A DNA stretch of 18,700 bases from Candidatus Bathyarchaeum sp. (GCA_026014495.1 JAOZIF010000161.1:1-18700), one strand, 5' to 3'; positions 7,789-16,425 are shown, counted from the first letter of the stretch. The notes: generated by a model not told the origin, from the letters alone. Made by a program: numbers and translations.

Positions 7789-9867
7789 ATGGAAAACTAC
7801 ACACTAATAGTTACCGAAAAACCTGATGCTGCTAAAAGAATAGCTCAAGCCCTTGACCATCAAGGCAAACCAAAGAATCTTAAAAAAAATGGTGTGCCCT
7901 ACTTTATTGCCCAAAGAGACCGACAGCTTGTTGTTGTTCCTGCAATCGGACACCTTTACACTATTGTTCAAGAACAAGGAAAACGAAGCCATTATCCTGT
8001 ATTTAACTTCAAGTGGGCACCAAGGCACTTGGCAGAGAGAGGTGCAAAGGGCATTCGTAATTGGGTTGAAACGTTTTCAGAGCTGTCTGCAGATGCTGAC
8101 GAGTTTGTGTCAGCCTGCGACTACGACATTGAAGGCAGCCTAATTGGTTATTGCATACTAAAATTCGCTTGCGGCAACAAGGAAGCTTCAGCTAAAAGAA
8201 TGAAATTTTCCACTCTCATGAAAAGCGAGTTAGAACAAGCCTACGAAGAGCTTCTACCTCATTTGGATTTTAATCTTATAGCCGCTGGAAGAACCCGACA
8301 CGAAGTTGACTGGTTATACGGCATAAACCTATCACGAGCATTAACCTTGGCGGCACATAACTGGAGCGGCAGCTACTACACCTTGAGCACTGGAAGAGTT
8401 CAAGGTCCAACCCTTCAGTTTCTGACTAAAAGGGAGAAAGCAATCAGCAGCTTTGTGCCGACACCCTACTGGCAACTATACTGTGAGGCTGAAATCCAAA
8501 CCTCTGTTGTTGAGGCAGAATATGAAAAAAAACGGATTGAAACGCGGGCAGAAGCAGACGCTATTGTGCACTCCTGCACAGACAAACTGGGAACAGTCAC
8601 AAACGTTACCCTTAGAACAGTTCACCAGAAGCCTCCACTTCCATTCGATGTAGGCACCTTGCAGCGAGAAGCCTACAGTCTTTTCGGCTATACTCCTAGG
8701 CGCACCTTAACAATCGCTCAGCGCCTATATCTCGACGCTTTGATTTCCTACCCTAGAACAAGCAGCCAGAAACTTCCTCCAATCATAGGCTACAAAAAGA
8801 TTCTCAGTTCCCTACAGCGACAAGCTGGTTACAAAAATTTAGCCTCAAAACTTCTAGAAAAACAAGAATTGAAGCCACGAGAGGGCGCTAAACAAGACCC
8901 TGCCCATCCTGCTGTTTATCCCACAGGGAAACTGCCCGAAAAACCTCTGAAAACCCCTGAGAAGAGAATTTGGGACCTTATTGTCAGACGGTTCATGGCT
9001 GTCTTTGGAGTTGATGCACTCAAGGAGAGTCTAAAAGCACATCTAGACGTGAACGATCACAGCTTCTTTGTGAGGGGCAGACGCCTTCTAAAAGACGGTT
9101 GGATGGAATACTACAAGCCATACGTTCGTGCTGAGCAAGTGCTCTTGCCCCCCATAAAGCAAGGCGATACCGTTCGGATGCGGCGGATCATGCGAGAAGA
9201 CAAGTTCACCTGCCCCCCATCTCGTTACAATCCAAGTAGTCTGCTAAAGAAGATGGAGGAGCTTGGAATTGGAACAAAGGCGACCCGAGCAGACATAATT
9301 CAAACTCTCTATAAACGTGGATACGTTAAAGACGAACGAATCACAGTAACCGAGCTGGGCTTTGATGTTATTGGTGTCCTAGACAGGTATGCTCCTACTG
9401 TAACTTCGGCAAAGCTCACTAGAGAACTTGAGGCTAAAATGGAACAAATCCAAAGCAATACAATGAATCGAGAAACTGTTCTCGCAGAGGTTGTTGAACA
9501 ACTCAAACCCCAGCTTGAACACTTCAAAGAAAACAAAGAAACTATCGGTGAAGCCTTAACCCAAGCCACCAAAAAAGCACAAACACATGAACGAATCGTG
9601 GGACGCTGCCCAAACTGTGGCACAGGTGACCTAACAATTATTTATTCGCGAACAACAAAAAAGCGCTTCATAGGCTGCACCAACTATTTCAAAGGCATCT
9701 GCACAACATCTTTTCCTCTTCCCCAGCGTGGAACAATCAAACCAACAGGAAAAACTTGCAAAGCTTGTGGATGGCCTTATGTTCTGGTTTGGCTCAAAGG
9801 CAGAAAGCCTTGGAACCTGTGTTTTAACCCAAACTGTTCCCTTAAAACAAAGAGGAAAAAACCATGA
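7789..9867 (+). CDS. topA: Type IA DNA topoisomerase with C-terminal Zn ribbons
   Basis: TOPRIM LIVTEKP, GHL, CDYDIEG, GRVQGPTL, catalytic ISYPRT, AHPAVYPT, GIGTKATRA, and C4 zinc ribbons at the C-terminus. ATG 7789 is preferred over TTG 7762. Confidence 0.96.
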   Translation: MENYTLIVTEKPDAAKRIAQALDHQGKPKNLKKNGVPYFIAQRDRQLVVVPAIGHLYTIVQEQGKRSHYPVFNFKWAPRHLAERGAKGIRNWVETFSELSADADEFVSACDYDIEGSLIGYCILKFACGNKEASAKRMKFSTLMKSELEQAYEELLPHLDFNLIAAGRTRHEVDWLYGINLSRALTLAAHNWSGSYYTLSTGRVQGPTLQFLTKREKAISSFVPTPYWQLYCEAEIQTSVVEAEYEKKRIETRAEADAIVHSCTDKLGTVTNVTLRTVHQKPPLPFDVGTLQREAYSLFGYTPRRTLTIAQRLYLDALISYPRTSSQKLPPIIGYKKILSSLQRQAGYKNLASKLLEKQELKPREGAKQDPAHPAVYPTGKLPEKPLKTPEKRIWDLIVRRFMAVFGVDALKESLKAHLDVNDHSFFVRGRRLLKDGWMEYYKPYVRAEQVLLPPIKQGDTVRMRRIMREDKFTCPPSRYNPSSLLKKMEELGIGTKATRADIIQTLYKRGYVKDERITVTELGFDVIGVLDRYAPTVTSAKLTRELEAKMEQIQSNTMNRETVLAEVVEQLKPQLEHFKENKETIGEALTQATKKAQTHERIVGRCPNCGTGDLTIIYSRTTKKRFIGCTNYFKGICTTSFPLPQRGTIKPTGKTCKACGWPYVLVWLKGRKPWNLCFNPNCSLKTKRKKP

Positions 9868-10076
9868 AATGCATAATTTGCGACAGAGACACCAAAAAGA
9901 CCTATTGCGTGTTCCATGACAAAGCATACCAAAATGTTGTTCACAATTTCGAAGATTGGAAACTTGCTGCAGCCGTTTCTTGGAAGGAATATTTAAAAGC
10001 TGTTGTGGAGAATTCATACACAGGCACTTGGGCAAAAGAAGTTGCAGAGCACTTATTGAAAAAAAAGGATGAATAA
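9864..10076 (+). CDS. Small hypothetical protein with C-x2-C...C-x2-H motif, coupled to topA
   Basis: ATGA overlap with the topA stop; MKCIICDRDTKKTYCVFH. Confidence 0.7.
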   Translation: MKCIICDRDTKKTYCVFHDKAYQNVVHNFEDWKLAAAVSWKEYLKAVVENSYTGTWAKEVAEHLLKKKDE

Positions 10077-10079
10077 ACT

Positions 10080-10499
10080 ATGGCTAAAGGTTTCAGCAAA
10101 CAAATTTCCTCTATTGCCTTTTCATTACAAAAAACATACGAGAAAATACTTACCGCAAAGCCCTCCTTAACGATTGTTGCCCTTGCAGCTGTCGGTGTTT
10201 CACTATTCTTGCTTGCCGGAGGAATATATGACATCATGACTCAGCCCATCGCAGCGTACGTAACTTCAGCTGGCGAGATAGTTGCCTTTTATCCATATGG
10301 AATAACTGAACAGTTGCTCCTAGAAAGCGTAATTGTAATGCTCTTTTATGCACTGGGAGTCGTGGGCTTTCTTATAGCATATCGAAGCACAAAGTACGCT
10401 TATACTCCAAGTCAAGCATACAGGTTCCTGCTGATTGGCGCTGTTTTGCTCCTTATATCCTATGTTTTGCTAGAACAAAATCTGCTAGCCAATTTCTAG
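10080..10499 (+). CDS. OSTC/DC2-like (OST3/OST6 family) three-TM membrane protein
   Basis: FLLAGGIYDIMTQP, VAFYPYGITEQLLLES, LGVVGFLIAYRS and LLIG match the recalled DC2 pattern FLITGGIIYDVIVEP / VAF..Y....QYIMEG / GGLGFII..RS / LLFIG. By-eye comparison only. Confidence 0.7.
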   Translation: MAKGFSKQISSIAFSLQKTYEKILTAKPSLTIVALAAVGVSLFLLAGGIYDIMTQPIAAYVTSAGEIVAFYPYGITEQLLLESVIVMLFYALGVVGFLIAYRSTKYAYTPSQAYRFLLIGAVLLLISYVLLEQNLLANF

Positions 10500-10535
10500 C
10501 ACCCTTTTTGTGCTATTCTTTAACGTGGCGTAGCA

Positions 10536-11078
10536 TCAACTGCTTTTTCCTTTGTTTTTCATGTTCAACAGAGCCGCCCCTAGATTTGTTATCAGATGTA
10601 TTGGGATTGTTACCAGAAGAATAATTCCTGCCTCTAGCAAGGAAGGAGGAGAAACTGGAATGGAAAAAAGGAATGCTCCTAAAATGAAGTCTAGCTGGTC
10701 TGCTATTGGAAGGGAGCTTCCGGGAGAGCGGTTTAGTCGCCGTTTAGCAAACGATTCTATCAGGTCACCTGTTAAGGCTCCTAGAGAGAGCATAAATCCA
10801 AGCACAATGCTATATTGAAACTGGGGGCTATACTGAATGAGAACCTGCTCGAAGATGACTGTTTGAGCGAAACCAACTAATGTTCCAACAACAAGACCTG
10901 CAACAAAGCCTCTGAATGTCTTGTGGGAACCAAGTACAGGTTTGCCATCAAAAAAAATTTTACCAAAGTCCATGGGCTTGCCGCCGCCAAAGATAACAGG
11001 TGCTGCGTTGGCGCAGTAAGCTGGGAAAATAAACCACATAGCGGCGGCGATATCGATTAGCGTTATCATGGTTCTCAT
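10536..11078 (-). CDS. carS: CDP-archaeol synthase
   Basis: PAYCANAAPVIFGGGKPMDFGK, GSHKTFRG, GDLIESFAKRR and DQLDF motifs. Start is ATG 11078 or 11069. Confidence 0.92.
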   Translation of the reverse strand: MRTMITLIDIAAAMWFIFPAYCANAAPVIFGGGKPMDFGKIFFDGKPVLGSHKTFRGFVAGLVVGTLVGFAQTVIFEQVLIQYSPQFQYSIVLGFMLSLGALTGDLIESFAKRRLNRSPGSSLPIADQLDFILGAFLFSIPVSPPSLLEAGIILLVTIPIHLITNLGAALLNMKNKGKSS

Positions 11079-11106
11079 CCTTTATTCTTAATGGAAGAAA
11101 ATAACT

Positions 11107-11799
11107 CTAGTGTCTGTAATCGCTTATTCCTGTGTTCTCTATCTTAACGTAAGTGTACCCTGTTCCCTTGATTTTAGGATGCTTTTCACGTAAAACTTTG
11201 ATGACCCGTGTTTGACTTGTCTGCCGCATGTCAAGCACAATATCTGACCAATAGTTTAGGACTCGCGTTGCCACCGGCTTCATTTCAACAGTTTCTCCGC
11301 GAAGAACACTTCTCACCTGACTGATAGCCAGAACTGCTACTCCCCGCGTTTTGGCTATCTGTGTCAAAACCGCTAGTTGCCTGTTTAATTCACGGTTTGC
11401 GGCGTATGTTTCTTGTGTGCCGCTTAGTTCAACGCGATACAGTGACGTGACCGTGTCGACAACTATTAATCCAAATTTGTTTGTTATGACCTTTTCAAGA
11501 TGGTCTATTGCTTTTGCCTGTTCCTGAAATGTTGTCGGTCTCATGATAATCATGAGTGGCGAAATTTTTTCATAATCGTAATCTGCTATCTGTGACAGCC
11601 GTTCATAGGAGAATGTTCCATCCGTATCTATGAAAAGGGATTTGATTCCTCTGCGTGCACAATTAACTGCGCACTGAACCGCGAGGGATGTTTTGCCTGT
11701 TTCTGCTTCTCCATAGATGAGAAAGACGCCTTCAGCAGGGAATCCTCCTCCTAATAGTTTGTCCAGCGAAATGCAACCTGTTTGAACAAAATTTTGCAA
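11107..11799 (-). CDS. radB: RadB-like RecA-family ATPase
   Basis: TGCISLDKLLGGG, Walker A GEAETGKT, FIDTDG, Walker B LIVVDTV, ISQVRS and a C-terminal KH motif. Single-domain length, lacking the RadA N-terminal domain. Confidence 0.8.
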   Translation of the reverse strand: MQNFVQTGCISLDKLLGGGFPAEGVFLIYGEAETGKTSLAVQCAVNCARRGIKSLFIDTDGTFSYERLSQIADYDYEKISPLMIIMRPTTFQEQAKAIDHLEKVITNKFGLIVVDTVTSLYRVELSGTQETYAANRELNRQLAVLTQIAKTRGVAVLAISQVRSVLRGETVEMKPVATRVLNYWSDIVLDMRQTSQTRVIKVLREKHPKIKGTGYTYVKIENTGISDYRH

Positions 11800-11975
11800 T
11801 CTCTCTACACAAGAAGCGAAGTAACCCTTCAGGAATTATAAGGCTTGTCTATTGTTCCTGTTTTATTGGTTGTTATTTCGTAACATATTTAAGCGGAAAA
11901 AAGACAGGAAAGTCACGCAGGGTTCAAAGTTATGCACAACCGCAGCTCTCCATTGTCTAATCAGCTTTTCTTTGC

Positions 11976-12644
11976 GTGGAATGTGGAAAGTGTAATAGTG
12001 TGAAGACGAAAATAGCTGTTGCAACTGTAAATGGAAGAGCCTATTACGAGCTTGTGAATGAACTGCAAAATAAGAGGTTACCCTTCTTGAGCCTCAAACC
12101 ATGGGATCCTGTTCCCCTAAACGTCAAGGTTGTTCTAACCACAGAAGAGGAGAGTAGCCAGATTTCACATCCTAGAAAGTTACATTTCAAGTTGGGGTCA
12201 AACCCTGAATCTGTGGTAGATGAGGCAGTTTTGATTATTCAGGGAAAGCAAGGCTACGAAAAAGTTGTTATTGGTGTGGACCCCGGCAAAACTTGTGGCA
12301 TAGCCATTCTAGGCGACAGTAAAGTGATAGAAACCTTGACTGCCTCGAGCGTCGAAGAAGCATCATGCCTTATTGTAGACAGCTTAAAGCGGTTTCCAGC
12401 AGAAGTTAGAGTGGTGCGGGTGGGAGATGGAACTCCAGAATACACCAAAACATTGCTTGATTTATTGGATTCTGGTTTGCCAGAAGAGACTTTGGTTGAG
12501 ATTGTCCGTGAGGCTGGGACAAGTCGGACTGCAAGCAGTTCTGTTAACCGCAGAGTGTTAAGGGACACTGTTTCTGCCATAAAAATTGCGGGAAGAAACG
12601 GTCAAATATTTTCGAGGAGGAGCTTTCATGAAGCATGTTGTTGA
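11976..12644 (+). CDS. Hypothetical protein with C-terminal RNase H-like (RuvC/YqgF-type) fold
   Basis: VVIGVDPGKTCGIAILGD beta-strand motif with conserved Asp, then VRVGDG, EAGTS and RD..SA..IA. Start is GTG 11976 or 12000. Confidence 0.6.
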   Translation: MECGKCNSVKTKIAVATVNGRAYYELVNELQNKRLPFLSLKPWDPVPLNVKVVLTTEEESSQISHPRKLHFKLGSNPESVVDEAVLIIQGKQGYEKVVIGVDPGKTCGIAILGDSKVIETLTASSVEEASCLIVDSLKRFPAEVRVVRVGDGTPEYTKTLLDLLDSGLPEETLVEIVREAGTSRTASSSVNRRVLRDTVSAIKIAGRNGQIFSRRSFHEACC

Positions 12645-13911
12645 TGCAGGAAAGACTTTGCTTGTTGATGGTCCTGCTTGTGTGAGCGTTCTCTCTGGAA
12701 ATGTGAGTGTTCTTGGAGCGCTTTTGCCTCTTGAAAAGAATCTTGTTGTCAGGGAAGGAAAACGGTTGCCTTTGTGGGTAAACGAAATGGCTACTGTTGA
12801 GTTGATGCTTGGAGAAGGAGCTTGTATCAACGAGGTTGCCGAAGGAACGGTTCCTTCTTCATGGGATGAAGCTGTAAAGGAGCTTTTGGCTTTGGATAAA
12901 CCAGTAACTGTCATGGTTATGGGTGGAGTGGATTCGGGCAAGACAAGTTTTTGCACTTTTCTTGTGAATTCAGCGGTTATGGCAGATTTGAGAACAGGAG
13001 TTATCGATGCTGATTTGGGGCAGTCTGATGTGGGACCGCCCTCGACTGTGGGATTTAGTTTAGTGAATCAGCCAGTAAAGGACCTTTTTGAGCTTGAGGC
13101 TCAGTGCACGGTTTTTGTTGGCTCGACGAGTCCAAGTGGGTCAATAAGTAAGGTTGTTGATGGGTTGGCTTGTTTGAAAGATAGAGTGCTAGTTGCAGGC
13201 TTGGATTTTCTTGTTATAAATACTGACGGCTGGGTCGAAGGTAAAGAAGCGTCCGCGTATAAAGTTGGGTTAGTAGACGCTGTTGGTTCTAGTGCAGTTG
13301 TTGGAATTCAACAGGGAAACGAGTTGACCCCTGTACTAGATTCTTTGCGCAGCATCAAGACTTTTGTTATAGATTCTCCGCAGCTTATTCAGCCACGGAG
13401 TAGAGAAAAAAGGAAACTTTTGCGGAAACTTAGTTACAAAAAGTATCTGAAAGGGGCAAAGATGCAGTCTTTTTCTTTTAGTTGGATTAAAGTTGAGGAT
13501 TCTCTTTTGGGTGCTGGCGCTCCACTGCACCATAAACGTTTGAATGCGTTGACTAATCTGCTTGGGACAAGACCCATCTACTCTGAAGAAAGTATAGGTG
13601 CAATTCTTGCTGTGCTAAAGAAAAGTGAAAAAGTTACAGAGACGCAGATAAACGATGCAATAGAGCACTTTGGAAAACCAGTCAAAGTAATACGTGAGGG
13701 CGACGAGCAGGGATTGCTTGTGGGACTAAAAGGTGAAGAAGACACTTTTTTGGGAATAGGTGTACTACATGAGGTTGACTACAAGCGAAAAGCCCTGAAA
13801 GTCTATACTCCTGTTGTCGAAAAAGTGTACAAGCTATGTTTTGGGCAGATAAAACTAAACAAAAACTTCAGAGAAATCGGCTTAAGCACGGTGTACTCTG
13901 TGAATCTTTAG
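12628..13911 (+). CDS. Clp1/Grc3/Nol9-family polynucleotide 5'-hydroxyl kinase
   Basis: VMVMGGVDSGKTSF (Walker A), IDADLGQSDVGPP and VINTDGWVEG. GAGGAGG SD before ATG 12628; overlaps the upstream gene by 17 nt. Confidence 0.88.
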   Translation: MKHVVDAGKTLLVDGPACVSVLSGNVSVLGALLPLEKNLVVREGKRLPLWVNEMATVELMLGEGACINEVAEGTVPSSWDEAVKELLALDKPVTVMVMGGVDSGKTSFCTFLVNSAVMADLRTGVIDADLGQSDVGPPSTVGFSLVNQPVKDLFELEAQCTVFVGSTSPSGSISKVVDGLACLKDRVLVAGLDFLVINTDGWVEGKEASAYKVGLVDAVGSSAVVGIQQGNELTPVLDSLRSIKTFVIDSPQLIQPRSREKRKLLRKLSYKKYLKGAKMQSFSFSWIKVEDSLLGAGAPLHHKRLNALTNLLGTRPIYSEESIGAILAVLKKSEKVTETQINDAIEHFGKPVKVIREGDEQGLLVGLKGEEDTFLGIGVLHEVDYKRKALKVYTPVVEKVYKLCFGQIKLNKNFREIGLSTVYSVNL

Positions 13912-13980
13912 TTGCCTGTGTTTGAAAATACTAAATAGATGTTTTATCTTTGTCATTAACTGGACAGGGAGAGTCTCAGG

Positions 13981-14340
13981 TTGTCACGAGCAAAGATTAG
14001 TAAAGAAGAGTTGGTTGAGGAAGACACATCTTTTTTTGCTGTTTACATTGAAACAAAAAATGCAAACCAGTTGTTTTTGAGTGAAACTGAAGACAAGTTG
14101 GGCACCTTGGCTGTGGCTATGCCGCAACCAAAGAACTTGGTTGGCTCGCCTCTTTCTTCGGTGCTGCTTGGAGACCGAAACATGATGGTTGCTCGCCTGT
14201 TAGCTGAGCTTCTTGCTCAACAAACAGGTAAAATCAGTTTAGTTTCAGTTTTCACAAAATCTGTTACCGAACAGCAAGCTGCCTCTATTCTTCGTAAACT
14301 AATGGATAAGGTTCTCAAAAAAGAGGAAGAAACAAACTGA
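13981..14340 (+). CDS. PAC4 (PSMG4/Pba4)-like proteasome assembly chaperone candidate
   Basis: LGTLAVAMP...PLSSVLLGD...LLAELLAQQTGKISLVS matches the recalled PSMG4 pattern LRNLAVAM...PVSTSLLGD...GLAQRLARKTNKQVFVS. Similar length, about 120 aa. By-eye comparison only. Confidence 0.62.
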   Translation: MSRAKISKEELVEEDTSFFAVYIETKNANQLFLSETEDKLGTLAVAMPQPKNLVGSPLSSVLLGDRNMMVARLLAELLAQQTGKISLVSVFTKSVTEQQAASILRKLMDKVLKKEEETN

Positions 14341-14505
14341 ATCTCTAAAGTTTTTGTGTCTACGATTTTTGTTAAAACCCGCAACACCTTAACTGTTTGT
14401 TTTTGTTTGCTGGCAACAATGGTTGCTTGTTGTGTTTGTTTTTTTGCAGCCAACACATATATTGCACCTATTCTATGTAGTTTTGGAATTCCGGAGGAAC
14501 CGTTG

Positions 14506-15885
14506 ATGAATTTCGACGTTATAATCGTGGGCGCTGGTCCGGCTGGAATCTTTTCTGCTCTTGAGTTAGCTGACAAAACAGACCTTAGTGTGTTGCTGTT
14601 GGATAAAGGTCGAGCTATTGATAAACGCAAATGTCCTGCAAGCAGAGGTTTAGGTTGCCTGAACTGTGACCCGTGCTCTTTGTTGGCTGGTTGGGGGGGC
14701 GCCGGCGCTTTTAGTGATGGTAAACTTACTTTGTCCACTGAAGTTGGTGGCTGGCTTAATGAGTACTGCACGCAAGAGCAGCTTTGGGAGCTTTTGCATT
14801 ATGTTGACGATGTTTACATCAAGTTTGGGGCTACTAAACATCTTTATGGCGTTGGACCCGAAAAGTTTGATGAAATTGAACGAAAAGCTTCTCTTGCTGG
14901 GTTGAAGCTTGTTTCTCAGAAAGTTCGGCATATGGGCACTGAAAAATGTGCTGAGACTCTTCTTAAGATGCGTAGTCATCTTGAGGGCAGGGTTGATATT
15001 CGAACTGGAACAGACGTGAAGAGCCTTTTAATAAAAGACGGTAAAGTTGAAGGCGTCGAGACGACAAAGGGCGAAAAGTTCTACGGAACATATGTTATTG
15101 TGGCGCCTGGCAGAATTGGCGCCGAGTGGCTCAAGACTGAGGCAGAGCTTTTGGGTCTAAAAACCTTGAACAATCCTGTTGACATTGGCGTGCGGGTGGA
15201 GCTTCAAGCCGCTGTCATGGAAGAACTAACTAAGACCCTCTATGAGCCTAAGCTGATTTATCACTCAAAATCGTTTGACGATCAGGTGCGAACGTTTTGT
15301 GTTTCGCCTTTAGGAGAAGTTATCACCGAATCATATGATGGCGTCTTAACCGTGAATGGTCAGAGCTACGCTGAGCGGAAAACAAAAAACACAAACTTTG
15401 CCATCCTTGTTAGCACATCCTTCACAGAACCCTTCAGGGAACCCATAGCATACGGAAAATACATTGCAAGGCTTTCAAACTTGCTTAGTGGAGGCGTGAT
15501 TGTTCAGCGGCTAGGTGACCTAAAGGCTGGACGACGCTCAACAGAGGAGCGAATAAAACGGAGCTTGTGTGTTCCAACCCTCAAGAATGCCACGCCTGGG
15601 GACCTTAGCTTTGTTTTGCCCTACCGTTATCTTGCTGACATCAAGGAGATGCTTCAGGCACTGGATAAGGTGTCTCCGGGTGTATACTCAAATGATACGC
15701 TGCTTTATGGTGTTGAAGTGAAGTTCTATTCCACAAGGCTTGAGTTGACTGACCAGCTGGAAACAAGGATTAAGAACATGTTTACTATCGGCGATGGCGC
15801 TGGAGTAAGCCGTGGTCTGATTCAGGCTTCTGCTTCTGGAGTTATAGTTGCTAAGGAGATTGCGAAGCGGGCAAAGAAGCAGTAA
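14506..15885 (+). CDS. FAD-dependent oxidoreductase/dehydrogenase of unknown substrate
   Basis: Rossmann DVIIVGAGPAG, GWGGAGAFSDGKL, NPVDIGVRVE, RTFC, VNG.S, TNFAIL, YGVEVKFYS and IGDGAGVSRG. GGAGG SD before ATG 14506; the ORF track N-terminal extension is probably spurious. Confidence 0.85.
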   Translation: MNFDVIIVGAGPAGIFSALELADKTDLSVLLLDKGRAIDKRKCPASRGLGCLNCDPCSLLAGWGGAGAFSDGKLTLSTEVGGWLNEYCTQEQLWELLHYVDDVYIKFGATKHLYGVGPEKFDEIERKASLAGLKLVSQKVRHMGTEKCAETLLKMRSHLEGRVDIRTGTDVKSLLIKDGKVEGVETTKGEKFYGTYVIVAPGRIGAEWLKTEAELLGLKTLNNPVDIGVRVELQAAVMEELTKTLYEPKLIYHSKSFDDQVRTFCVSPLGEVITESYDGVLTVNGQSYAERKTKNTNFAILVSTSFTEPFREPIAYGKYIARLSNLLSGGVIVQRLGDLKAGRRSTEERIKRSLCVPTLKNATPGDLSFVLPYRYLADIKEMLQALDKVSPGVYSNDTLLYGVEVKFYSTRLELTDQLETRIKNMFTIGDGAGVSRGLIQASASGVIVAKEIAKRAKKQ

Positions 15886-15893
15886 ACTGTTTT

Positions 15894-15971
15894 TGGTGGG
15901 ACCGCCCGGATTTGAACCGGGGTCCCGAACGTCCGAGGCTCAGAGCCTAGACCATGCTAGCCGACGGTCCC
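15894..15971 (-). tRNA. tRNA-Pro (anticodon CGG), intronless, CCA encoded
   Basis: Hand fold: acceptor GGGACCG/CGGTCCC, D stem GGCT/GGCT, anticodon arm TGAGC-CTCGGAC-GTTCG, T arm CCCGG-TTCAAAT-CCGGG, then A73 and CCA. The scaffold resembles TACK tRNA-Pro. Confidence 0.88.
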
Positions 15972-16095
15972 TTTGTGGATTCTTTGATGCGTCATGTTTT
16001 AGATAAGGATTCTTGTGGGCTGTTGTTTTTTTGGTTTGGGCTTTTGGGGTGTGAAAAAAAAGAAGGTTTTTATATTGTAACCCCGTTTTCGGGGT

Positions 16096-16416
16096 ATGCA
16101 ACTAATATTCGACATTGACCCCAATTGGTTTGTGCTCTTTTTTGGCTTTTTAGGGGCTTGGGCAGTTCTAATTGTTAACAGAAAACGTAGTGGTAAGCAG
16201 AACAATTTTAAGGAGCAGGTTTACTTGGCGGCGGCTGGACTGACTTCGATGGTTCTCATGGAGCTTTTTGCAACCCAAACTGATTTGTGGCATTACCTTC
16301 CAGGCGATTGGCCAATAATTTTGTGGCCTACCTATGTTGCTGCTATACTGTTTGGGCATCAATTGTTGCGGTTTATAGAAGAACATGTTACCTTAAAGGG
16401 CACAAAGATGTGCTAA
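16096..16416 (+). CDS. Small membrane protein of unknown function (about 3 TM)
   Basis: Three hydrophobic segments, with an E..A....LWHY....WP motif in the loop. Confidence 0.6.
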   Translation: MQLIFDIDPNWFVLFFGFLGAWAVLIVNRKRSGKQNNFKEQVYLAAAGLTSMVLMELFATQTDLWHYLPGDWPIILWPTYVAAILFGHQLLRFIEEHVTLKGTKMC

Positions 16417-16425
16417 AAAAAGCTG

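Noticed and set aside
11855-11910. TTCCTGT/ACAGGAA inverted repeat in the radB divergent promoter region, with TTCCTGTTTTA also at 1227-1237
   Set aside because: Only 7-11 bp in AT-rich DNA, not distinguishable from chance without comparative data.
14341-14505. 50-aa N-terminal extension of the FAD oxidoreductase and a possible stem-loop (GCAAC-AATG-GTTGC)
   Set aside because: An SD and the Rossmann motif place the start at 14506. The short stems are expected by chance in T/G-rich intergenic DNA.
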